64,000 nt of DNA from Eledone cirrhosa (lineage: Eukaryota). A model generated the notes under the pieces. That model was not told the origin of the DNA. It saw only the letters and a program-made list of their open reading frames with translations, and made no database searches. A program made the position numbers and the translations under genes. The stretch lies in NCBI GenBank assembly GCA_964016885.1, contig OZ024740.1, forward strand, positions 134,788,001-134,852,000, read 5' to 3'. Position 1 is the stretch's first letter. Every line of letters begins with the position of its first letter. Positions 53,167 to 64,000 of this stretch are shown here, in pieces.

Positions 53167-53282
53167 GAGAAAGTATGACCCTGACGGCAGAGCTCAAGCC
53201 GTTTCGATGGCTATTTTTGGACTTTAGTCCAGAAATAGCCGTCGAAACGGCTTGAGCTCTGCCGTCGGGGTTATACTTTCTC
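53167..53282. repeat. Fold-back inverted repeat with 57-nt arms inside a ~200-bp (TA)n-flanked insertion (~53087-53282)
   Basis: Arms 53167-53223 and 53226-53282 are complementary with 4 differences. Confidence 0.95.
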
Positions 53283-53814
53283 ATATATATATATATTTAC
53301 TTATGTAACATCTGATGTTACTCGCAGTGGCAATAGTATACTCCCCAAATTACTTTCTTTATTGCATTTGCATATCTTAAAACCAGCATTATCAATCATT
53401 TAGAAACTAAAAATGAAATTTACAGCTCACACCTGTGTTGGTTTAGCTGGACTCCTGTGAGGTTGTATTTCAAAGGAGGTTTCTTGGTTTTGATATAAAA
53501 AGCAACATGAAACAAAACATCTTGTGCTAGAATGCAATGTGCTGCCTGATCTAGGAATCAAACCGATTGCCTTATTATCGTGAGTCCAACACCCTAACCA
53601 CTAGGCCATATGCTTTTTAAAACACTATCATATAACAGTATATTAATAAATGAATCTTGGTTCATTATCAAAATCTATCTGGTAATATTGAGAATGATTA
53701 TTGACTTCTATTCAATCTATATAGCAACATAAATAAATGGTTAAGAAAATTATATCAATCCTAGGTAAGTTATAGACTGTCCAATATAGATTATCAGCAT
53801 CACAGCTCACACTA

Positions 53815-54075
53815 ACATCTTTGAAACTCTGAGCCTGAGCTTTATTTATAGTCATAGTAAAACTGGCTCTAACAGGGAACTGAAGTCTTGAGAATTTGAA
53901 TGGCAGCTCAGTAGAGGATAAGAAGAATCTTGGGAATAAATGCATTTTCTTCTTGATGTGCCTCCAAGAATAATAACCTCATAGGAGATGGTTCATCTGC
54001 CTGGCTCTAAAGCATGTCATTGCATAGACATTGTTGGTCCACATTTCTCAAAAGGATTGTGGAAGTTCCAATCTT
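53815..54075 (-). mobile_element. Helitron RepHel PIF1-helicase C-terminal fragment
   Basis: ELPFKFSRLQFPVRASFTMTINKAQAQS (ORF 53712..53945) resembles QFPVRLAFAMTINKSQGQ; upstream KIGTSTILLRNVD..CLCN. Confidence 0.85.
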
Positions 54076-54350
54076 TTATATTATATATAGATATAGATAA
54101 TTATATATAAATGTGTGTGTGTGTATACCAGCGTTCGAATCAGAAACGCTGGCCACGAAACACAATCATCACTAACAACAAACGCGTAGATAGAATTGCT
54201 TATGGTTCATTCCCAACCTGCTAGAAATAGCAGTCAGGTTGGTTAGCATACCCGGGATGTTTTTCTTCTTTGATGTTATAAAATGTTATTTTGTACACAG
54301 AGTTCCTATGAAATATCAAAAGGCTGAGCACTATCATATGTAGGGGATAT

Positions 54351-54538
54351 TGGATTGGCAGTACCGGTAGAGGGTCGGACGCCATGCTTTGCAGCATAGA
54401 GTTACGTCCCTTTATGGTCTGAGTTCAAATCCCGCCGAGGTTAACTTTGCCTTTCATCCTTACGGGGTCGATAAAATAAAGTACCAGTAATGTACTGGAA
54501 TAATTGCTGGCCTTGTGCCAAAAGTAGAAATAATTATT
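54351..54538 (+). mobile_element. SINE family B
   Basis: A/B boxes and central domain as at 26967. Confidence 0.88.
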
Positions 54539-56036
54539 TTATTTTTTTTTTTTTTTTTTTTTTTTTTGTAAACACTTTAGTCTTTATTGTGTTGTATTAG
54601 ATGAAAGAATGGTATTTAACTAATGTATTGGTACGCGATGGGGCCCACCCACAGCCCCGACCCTTATTCCATTGCTGTACTTACTTTTCGATTGTCACTT
54701 TTTGTTTTTGTATAATGCACAAAGGAACCAACCAACCAACAAACAAACATCTCTCTTTTATATTATGTATAGATTAGAAAAAATATATACACAAGACATT
54801 GAACATACATTTATAGAAAACATTGCATGTAAGCATATTTAGAAATGTTGTGTAGTATAGTTAAGTAGCAACTATTTATTGAGGAGTGAGGTAAAAAGTA
54901 AAACCATTTGCACTACGCTCTGAAGTGTGTTTAATAATGTTATAGGTATTCTAGAATTAAGTCTGCTTTAGTTAATATGGAAGGCGAAAAACAATAGATC
55001 AATGTTATTGATGAAACAGTCACAAATCTGCTTGGTTTTCATTTATAATTTTGTATGCATGAGGTTTCAGAGTGGACTAAACTAATTGTAGATGTAATGT
55101 TAACACGGAGAAATTCATTAATCCCTTATAGAAAATAACTTAAGTAGTTGCATAGATATTACATCATCATCATCATTTACTGTCCATTTTCCCTCATTTA
55201 TATGTGTATATGTTCTTGTGTTTTTTTTTTTTTTGTTTTTTTTTTATAGTCTACTTTTTTTCCACTTGTAGCATGTAGAAATTGTCTAGTCAAAGTTCAC
55301 ATTGTCCATAATATTTTTTTTAAAACTCAAATCTAATTTCGAGTTAGATCTTTAGTGCATAACAAGCTTGTTTGTCATTATACAATTTACTTGAAACTGT
55401 TGAAATTTGAAATATGTATGCTATGTTTTTAAATTCAGAGTATTTAAACATTTATCTGAATGTAGTTTTTATTTTATATTTATGTCATTTTATATTTGGT
55501 AATTTTCTTGTAATTTTTATTATTTTTCAATATTACACGAACCAGTTAAGCAATAAATATTCAGATTTGTTGTTATCCCTTCATGTATAATGTATGAGTA
55601 ATGGATTTGTACTGTTCTTTCAAACATGTTTGACTCAGTAAACTTCACTGAAAATAATTACCATCACTACTTGGTATCCCTTTAAAACGATCATCTAATT
55701 CAGAGATTTAAAAGGGCAGTCTTTGTGCTTTGGGTTTATACCAGCCCCCTTCATTCAAATGTTGATTGTATACGTCAGATATTTCAAATAAGTAATTCAT
55801 AAATTTTATTTCACTTTCAAAAGCTCTTCTTTTTCTTTTTCCTACTGTTTAATCAAGAAGGGAAGAGCAGTATCCATGATCATTTTCATTGTTGCCAATA
55901 TTGATGGGAAAGAGGGAGGAAGGTATCCTCAAACCTGGTTAAAATGTTTGCAATAGAGCAAATTCTGTTAAAGGCACCCAAGGGCTAGGTGGTGGTTTTA
56001 AACTGAGCAACAGATTATGTTCCCACACAGTAGGTT

Positions 56037-56423
56037 TTGTTAATTAAATTGCCAAAATTTGTCATCATTGACAGATGATAATGGCCTAAGGATTTAAAAT
56101 GTTTATATGATTTCTGTTGTACAAGTTATTTAAATGAAACAACTTTTACAAGATTCTATAAAGTATGACATCAGTAAGAAAATCTTGAACCACATGTAAG
56201 TGCACTAATGTTTACAATGTTTTTAAAGGAAGTGAGAAATTGTAATCCCTCTAACATTCATTTTCACTTTTGCATCAAACATTGACCTACATGTTGCTGA
56301 ACTTCATCAATTTTAATTCTGGAGGTTTTTCCCAGTATTTTTCTGTTAAGTGGTCATTTTTCTTTAAAAAATGACCACTTAACATCTATCAATGGTGACA
56401 AATTTTGGCAATTTAATCAACAA
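56037..56423. repeat. 41-bp terminal inverted repeats (MITE-like) with an internal perfect 18-bp palindrome
   Basis: 56037-56077 versus 56383-56423 (3 mismatches); TGTTAAGTGGTCATTTTT-cttta-AAAAATGACCACTTAACA at 56344-56384. Confidence 0.8.
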
Positions 56424-56812
56424 ATTGTTAGTTAATAAGAATATTTTGCTATAGCTGTTTGTATGACTGTCCATTGCTATTGCATTTAATTATTTTTCAT
56501 TTTTCTTTTCATCTTTTTGAGTGCATCTGTTTTTTTTTTTTTGTTTTAGCACAAATTATTTCACCATATCAAAAAACAATGTTTTTCCTGCAATACTGCC
56601 AACTTTCACAATATGTCCACAAATAAAGACACTCTAAACATTTGAATATGTTTTTTTGACATTTCTGTTCAATCATTACAAGCTGTTAAGAGTTAATGTT
56701 TTAAATGCTTTGATATAATGGTTTCATTTGGAAGCTTACATTTTTTAAACTATTCTTCTAACACTCTTTAATTATTTTCATACTCATGTATTTTTATTTC
56801 TATTTCCTTTAG

Positions 56813-56973
56813 CACATGATTATGAGCTTCCGTGTGTCAGAACTTCAAGTCTTACTTGGTTTTGCTGGTAAAAGTAAAAGCGGTCGCAAACAAGAACTTC
56901 TACAAAGAGCGTTAGGTCTGGTATCTCGAGTCTGTTCGATACCTGTTCAAATAAAAATCCGTGAACTATACAG
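56813..56973 (+). CDS. PIAS: PIAS coding exon 2, SAP domain ([34 protein letters not shown]...KIRELY-R)
   Basis: Flanked by tatttcctttag| and |gtatga, 161 nt. [14 protein letters not shown] with an LxxLL motif is diagnostic of the PIAS SAP domain. Later exons were not found in the window. Confidence 0.97.
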
Positions 56974-59900
56974 GTATGAAGTTATATTTATATTTATTAA
57001 ACACTACTATGTGCTTGCTTCACTTATATTTGTAGTCAATTTATTATACTTCATTTTAAAATTCACTACTATATTCTTTTGTAATAGAATTTGATTCATC
57101 TTCAAAATGATCCATATGCACAAATATACACTTGCATGACATAATCTGATGGTAATGTGATTGTTTTTAAATATAAGCTGAATTATTAGTTTCTGATATA
57201 CTTTTTAATTCAGAAATATTAATGGCAAAATTAGAAATTGCTTGATTTTTCAATTTCCTAAGGAGGTTGTGATTTATAGGAAAGTAGACAATCAGCCCAT
57301 GTCTTATTCAATGGTTAAGTCCTGTCAATGGCATTGTGCTAGGTTCATAACCAAGAAACTTTGCTCTTTGTGTCACAGAATAATGTAATTCACTTCTGTG
57401 AGTGTTTTGTCAGCTTACATTATTGCAACTCCTTGCGTTAATATAGTCAGAACTGTTCTCAAATATGAGGTGGGGTGAGTGGCAGTTTTTTTTCTTCCCC
57501 TAGTTTCTTATATATATTGAAAAACATTGAAATTTCCTTAAATTATATACATTACTTTTTTTTCTTTATTTTATAGTTAACTTGCTTTAACATTTTTTTA
57601 AAACATTTGTTTACTTATTTACATTTAAACTTTACACCATGCCAGTAAGATAATTTTTAAATATTTTCATTTTCCAATGTATATATATCTATTTTATTAC
57701 ATATAAATATATAGTATGTTTTTAATTTCTATATAAAGGTTTTGTCTACTTATTTACATTTAAACAATCTACACCATCTTAATAAAATGCTTTTTAAATA
57801 TTTTCAAATTTCCATTGTACATATTTATTTTACTGTTTAAATTTATATGAATTATGTATATATATTGTATATAAATTACTAAGAATAAAGATATTTAAAC
57901 AACTATAAAATTAGATATAGCAAAAGAAGTTTTTAAGAATATAGAACACTAATAAAATTCAATGTTCTTTTTTTAATATATATAAAAACTGTAATGTCTA
58001 GATATTATGTACTTATTGGTTAGAAATAATAATCAATAAACACAAAATTCCATTTAATTAAAATATACATAGAAAATTCTTAAAATCGTTATAGCCATAT
58101 ATTGATTACCAGCTAGAAAATGGATAGCTTTCTTTGTTGATTAAACTACCAGTCGTATATTCTATCTATGCTATCTTAATTTTGGCCAATAATGATGTCA
58201 AGCATTTAGTCTAAAAATGATAAATTATTAGTTATATGATAAATTACCTTAAAGAAATAGTTAGCATATTGTTATTATTGTTTTAATTTTAAGTCTCTTT
58301 CTCAACATTATTAACTTTTCAATGGTTTTGCTTTGACATTATACAATACATTTCTTCTGTATGCTCTAGTTTTTGTTTGATCATGTAGGTTTAACTTCCC
58401 ATCTATATGTATAATGTGATAATATAGTTTACTCAACATTGAACTCTGGAATTGAAAGTTCAACATCAGTTAACTGCCAAGATGTCATTTAATAGCTGAA
58501 ATATTTTTCTCTTATCTGTTCTAGCTTGTGAGTTGAGACCATGCTGGGGCACCACCATGTATTTACTTTTCTTTGTTAGCAAAGTTTAGTAGGATTTTCA
58601 AAATGATATTTTGCTCTTCACTTAAGAATATAATTCTCTATTTGTCAAATTCATTATAGTCATTGTGCATTAGCCATCTTCCGAAAATCTGAAGTGTGTG
58701 TTATATTTGGAAACATCTTTTGAGTTTATGAAAGAACTTATGTACTTTTCGTTTTCCCTATAAGTGCAAGTAAAAAACAAAACAGATACACACACTTTTT
58801 CTCTCATTTAGTGAATTCAAAGTCTGTTTACTAAACCTGGAATGTACTTCTTTACAACAACATAACTAGATGCATGAAAATTATTGTGTTGATTTCCTGA
58901 GAAAAGGCAAAAAAAAAAAGAAATTGTAGACCTTGCTTTAGAAAAGTGTCTCTTTTCAATTAACATATTGCTCATATTGATAAAAGGTTTCTTACAATGC
59001 TTACTCCATAATGCTTTGCTTGCGAATTTCATTATTGAATTTAACTAATTTCACATCTACCAGGTATGATAGACATTCTTATAGAAGTAATTATGTAAAA
59101 CTCTCAAATTATTTTTAAAAAGTTTAATTACTTTGGTCTCTAACTTATGAGGTAGATATAGAAGGGAGTAGGCATTAAAGATGGTCATAGATTCGGGAGC
59201 TGGTCTACATGAAAACTTAATAATATTTAATTTAGTGCTTCATTGTTCTAGTCTCAAATCATATGGATAGTTGGGTTGAGCTAGCATAAGCATATGAATC
59301 TCACTCATAAACATAGTCCCGTTGAAACACCCCAAAATTTGACATAAAATATTATTCTTTTGATTAGGGAATAAATACATCAGTTAAAATACTTGGCTAA
59401 ATATCCACCCATCCATTGTCAATCCTCTGCTAGACAAAGCCTACGCAACTATGCTGGTTTTGAACCTACTTGTCTACAGTGGCCTAGTGAGGGTTACACA
59501 AGATGTTCCTGTGATTGGATGATTAGCCCTGGCCATTAGTTTATCAGCCGAATTTGAACACAAAATACAAAGAGCCAACCATGTACTTTGAATCTCACCT
59601 GACATTTTAACAATACTGCTAATCCACTACCTTGGACTGGGACTTTATTTATCAATCCCAAATGGATGAAGGGCAAAGTTGAACTCAAGAGTGCAAATGG
59701 ACAAAAGTCATTCTATCCAACATGCTAATAACTTTGCCAATTTGCCATCTTTGTGATAATTATAAATATTATAATTATTGTTTTTGATGAGTTTTGTTTT
59801 TGTTTTAATTAGACTTAACCTTAATTTGGACATATCTGATCCTTTTCATATCCATATATGTCAGCGTTATGATTATTTCATTGGTGTTCTTCATGACTTT

Positions 59901-59993
59901 TGGAATAGGTGAAATCAGGAATATCATCATTGTTGTCTATTAACATTCCCTGCTAGCAGGAGTTGGATGGGTCATCACAAACCAAACCAATAC

Positions 59994-60045
59994 TTAATCG
60001 GAACCACTGATGGATAGGGTTAATCGGAACCACTGATGGATAGGG
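59994..60045. repeat. Perfect 26-bp tandem duplication
   Basis: TTAATCGGAACCACTGATGGATAGGG occurs twice. Confidence 0.95.
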
Positions 60046-60722
60046 ACCTCATTTTGCTTACACTCTACAAAATGTGCTGTGTATTTTATCATGGCACCAG
60101 CACTTGGGAGGTTATGTCCTTTGATACCAGTAACACAAGTGGTAATATTTGTTTGTGTCCTGCATAAACAGGCATGCGGAGATCTGTACATTACTTAAAA
60201 AACAAGTAACAGTTGGCATCAGGAAGGGCATCTGTCATAGAATTCTGCTTTGAAAAGTCCTATCCAAACTATGCCAGTAAGGACATACAAATGATGATGA
60301 TGATGACAATATCAGTGAACTGTCTGATCTGGTTTCTATTGGAAGAAAAAATAGCTTAAATAATAAGAAATTCTCCAAGCCACATCTTTTATTAAGTTAT
60401 CATATTTTTACATTTTCTTTTATTTTATGTAACCTCATCTGCAGTCAACTCAATTTGACCATTGACAGATTGTATTAAGTATCATGTAACTCACTTCACT
60501 CTTTCCTTAGACAGCTTTTCAGTACTTCATTTCTGGAGAGTAAAATAAGTCAATATATATAGCTTAACCTTTGTTGAACAAAACTAAAAGCAGTGCATTT
60601 TTTTTTCCTTGAGAAGCCAAAGAATATAATAAATTTTAGTTTGCATAAAGTTTGCTGGGAGTGATGCAACACATGAAATTAGATTATAATAGTGAACAAT
60701 GATGGTCATTCATTATTTTTTC

Positions 60723-60910
60723 GGTGGATTGGCAGTATCGGTAGAGGGTCGGACGCCATGCTTTGACGCATAGAGTTACGGCCCTTGCCATTCTGAATTC
60801 AAATCCCGCCGAGGTTGACTTTGCCTTTCATCCTTACGGGGTCGATAAAATAAAGTACCAGTAATACACTGGGTAATTGCTGGCCTTGTGCCAAAAGTAG
60901 AAACAATTAT
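60723..60910 (+). mobile_element. SINE family B (PIAS intron 2)
   Basis: Near-identical to 54351-54538. Confidence 0.88.
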
Positions 60911-61096
60911 TTTTTTTATAAACGCTAGTTAGTTAACTCTGTTAACAAGAAGCACATAACTGGCTGGGTGTCTCTTTAAAAGTCCTCATTCTCCAAATAA
61001 GATATCACTTTTAATTATTTTCAAAGAGTCTGTAAAAAGCAATTTAGTTTGTAATTTTTCTATATTTTTACTTTAAACAAAGTTATAATATACAAA

Positions 61097-61500
61097 CATG
61101 GTGTTGTGGTTAAGAAGTTTGCTTCACAACCACATGGTTTTGGGTTCTATCCCATTGTATGACACCCTTGGTAATTGTCTTCTGCAATAGTCTTGGGCTA
61201 ATCAATGCCTTGTGAGTGAATTTGGTTGACAGAAACTGTACCAAACCCAATATATGTGTGTATGTGTTTTACATTTGATAATACTAGCAGATAGTGTCTT
61301 CTGCAATAGTCTTGGGCTAATCAATGCCTTGTGAGTGAATTTGGTTGACAGAAACTGTACAAAACCCATTATATGTGTGAATGTGTTTTACATTTGATAA
61401 TACTAGCAGAGGTGTTGATTTGTTTATGTCCCATGGTTCAACATTTGAACTTGCATAGACTAACCAGTACCTTACTTAAAAAACAAGTGAAGGTGGGCAT
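61097..61500 (+). mobile_element. SINE family C with an internal 119-bp tandem duplication (61176-61410)
   Basis: Head tggtgttgtggttaag...gggttctatccc; the repeated unit starts tgtcttctgcaatag at 61176 and 61295. Confidence 0.75.
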
Positions 61501-61951
61501 TTAGGATTCTACCTCATTGTCCAATGCATGTTAGCATAGAAAAACAAATGTAAAAACAAAGATGATTAGTATATTTGATTTCTGATTTATATTTTCGTTG
61601 TGTATATTTAATAAATTACAATAAAATTTAACAGACTCTGATGTTAAGACTATATTTACAGTATTATGTGCGGTATTAATGTGTCTTCATAAATGTAAAA
61701 AGAAAGATCCTTAATATATCGTGAATAATTTGGCTAATTTCAGTTTCGAAACAGTTTTGAAGATTCTTATTACGACATTATTAAGTGTATACATTGCAGT
61801 TTTTATGCTCTTTGTGTGTATACATATGCATAAATGTATAGTTTATATACATACATGTGTGTGTATATGCTTGCATTAATGCATCAGTATTTATTTGTAT
61901 GCATATCTGTATACATATATGTTTGTGTGCATACTGTTAAAAAATGATATA

Positions 61952-64000
61952 AATCATCATCATTTGTTCTCCCTGCTAGCAAGGGTTGGGTAGCTCATAG
62001 CTACTGATCTCTCAGATGTGTGCGTGGGGGGGGGGGGCTGCATCTCATACACTTTCCTCGCACTCAAGGTGCGGCAGATGCATTTTATCAGCACCAGCAC
62101 TAGGGAGGTTGTCATGTCTTTGACACAACTGAAGAGTTCACTTGACTCTGCTTGGAAAGTTTTCTACTGCTGGATGCCCTTTCTATCACCAACCACCTTA
62201 TAGGGTGTACTGGGTGCATTTTTTGTGGTACCAGCACTAGAGAAGTTGTTGGTCATCGACTGAACTAAAGCGCCCACTCCATCCTATGAGGTACTTTAGG
62301 ATAAGAAGGAAAATAAGTATGGTGTCATGAGGTGCAAAAGTATGTCATGAGTGTATACTAAATGGTGAGATTTGATGTGGTAAGTGGGTTGAGGAAGGGT
62401 GTCTCAGATAGTGTTATGATGAGAACAGCTACTAGGGTGTTATGACTGGTATGTTAAGATTTAAGAAATGGAGGTGGTGTATGAACAGGTATGTCACATC
62501 CTTGTGGTACTTTGTCATCTTTGTCATGAGGTTCAGCTCCCTAAGGTCAATTTTCACCACTTAATCCCATGTCTTCCTTGGGGGTCTACTTTTTCCATGA
62601 TTCCCATCCACTAAGATTTCTCTGCACACTTTTTAACAGCAATCATCTTCCATGCACATCACATATGTTCATACTAGCAAATCTCTTTTACACACTACAC
62701 CTAATTCCTTTTATACAAGGTTTTTCTCTCAGTTCATTGATGCTCCATCTCTCATGCACACTAACATTACACATCCATTGGAGCATACTCACTTCATTTC
62801 TTTCTCACCTTCTCAGAACTTCTACAGTCAAGATGCATATCTCACTGCCATATAGCATGTCAGTAGAGATACCAGCTCCCTAAAGTTCTTGCAACCCATT
62901 CTTACTCTGGCTATCATATCTTCAGAGCAGTTTCCTCTTTCTGATTAGGACACCTAGGTAACAAAAGCTGTCAACAACTTCTAGAGAGCCTCCTTGGCAA
63001 CTGAGGGAATTCTTTTCAGATGTGCTATTAGTGCTTAATTTTCCTGTATATCTGCCACATACAAAATCTATCTTCTCTGTTAATCTGCCTGTTATCCCAC
63101 TATATCTCTTGTGCATCTATAGATTACACTGTGTTCACTTTATGCAACATCTACCTACCCGTTTTTTGGCATTTTGAACAAGGCCACTTCCTTGATGGTT
63201 TCAGTTTCCTGTCTTATTAAGACCTTTGGGCTTCTCTTCCATATAGGAGTTCCCTTGGCATGCCAGCCTTAAACTCTTCAGTTATGGCTTGAAGGACAAT
63301 GATAAACAGAAGTGAACTAAAGATTGAGTCCTGGTGGATCCCAACTGATACTTCAAATTTATCAGTGTACTCACTGCCAACTTTTACTTTGCTGGTTGCA
63401 CTGTTATATATGACTTGTGCAGCATTCATAAGACAATCAGTTACACCTAGCTTAGGGCCTACCAGATTACAGAATGGAGGAGTCTGTCAAAACCCTTCAC
63501 CAGATTCAGAAATGCCAGGTACAATGGCTCACTCGTAGCCAGGTACTTCTGCTATTGTTTCACTAGAAAAGGACATCAGTAGTACCTCTACCTAGCATAA
63601 AACTGAACTGCAACTCATCTAACTTAATTCTGTCCTAATTAATTCTGCTATAACTTTTTCAATAACTTTCATGACCTGGTCCATCAACTTGACGCCTCTG
63701 CAGTCACCTCTCTCCAGTGTGTGTTATTTACCCATATAGCAGTTTACAACGATACTGCTGTTCAAGTTATTAGATATGACACCATCTTTACTACTTGATT
63801 AATTATCAACCTCACTAGCTCATAATGTACCATATATGATTTCTTTTAGCATCTTGACAACTACAGCAGATGCTCCAGCTGCCTTCCCTACTTTCATGTC
63901 TTTAATTGCCTTGTTTATCACTCTGCTGTGAACTTTTATGGCTAGTCTCTCAGTTGGATCTACATTGGGTGGGCATTCATTGTCCCATTTATTTTCTTAT
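61952..64000 (-). mobile_element. Degenerate RTE LINE running off the window end
   Basis: ORFs 63217..63429 (VGIHQDS..S.LLFIIVLQAITEEFK) and 62922..63116 (LEVVDSFCYLG); (CAT)n tail near 61952. Confidence 0.85.

Noticed and set aside
53167-53282. A second active hammerhead
   Set aside because: The only candidate 5' core is CUGACGG, not CUGANGA. Stem I is out of register and the long hairpin would dominate folding.
57000-64000. PIAS exon 3 (PINIT-proximal)
   Set aside because: No AG-bounded phase-2 open segment with recognisable PIAS similarity was found. It is probably beyond the window, though a short divergent exon could have been missed.

Overview
Eukaryotic, AT-rich, repeat-dense animal genomic DNA. 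The SINE/RTE repeat landscape suggests a coleoid cephalopod such as an octopod; this is inference. Two spliced genes lie head-to-head with only 63 bp between their start codons. NDUFS7 (complex I PSST subunit) is complete on the - strand: 6 coding exons, 32433->5742, about 227 aa, all GT-AG with consistent phases. A PIAS-family SUMO E3 ligase (Su(var)2-10 homologue) starts on the + strand: exon 1 at 32497-32520, SAP-domain exon 2 at 56813-56973, and it continues beyond the window. The introns are filled with RTE and CR1-type LINE fragments, at least three tRNA-derived SINE families, piggyBac and hAT MITEs, a maT/mariner fossil, Helitron pieces, a decayed Penelope-like element and microsatellites. 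Nearly all ORF-track entries are TE fragments or spurious. The most notable observations are: (1) an intact type I hammerhead ribozyme core in the sense strand of PIAS intron 1, behind a dead GIY-YIG ORF; (2) a 57-nt-arm fold-back built from half a hammerhead whose mismatches are all G-U in the PIAS sense; (3) a near-perfect inverted SINE pair; (4) the ultra-compact ETS/YY1-TISU bidirectional promoter; (5) an unexplained CpG-retaining, promoter-like island in the last NDUFS7 intron. TE boundaries were read by eye and are approximate.
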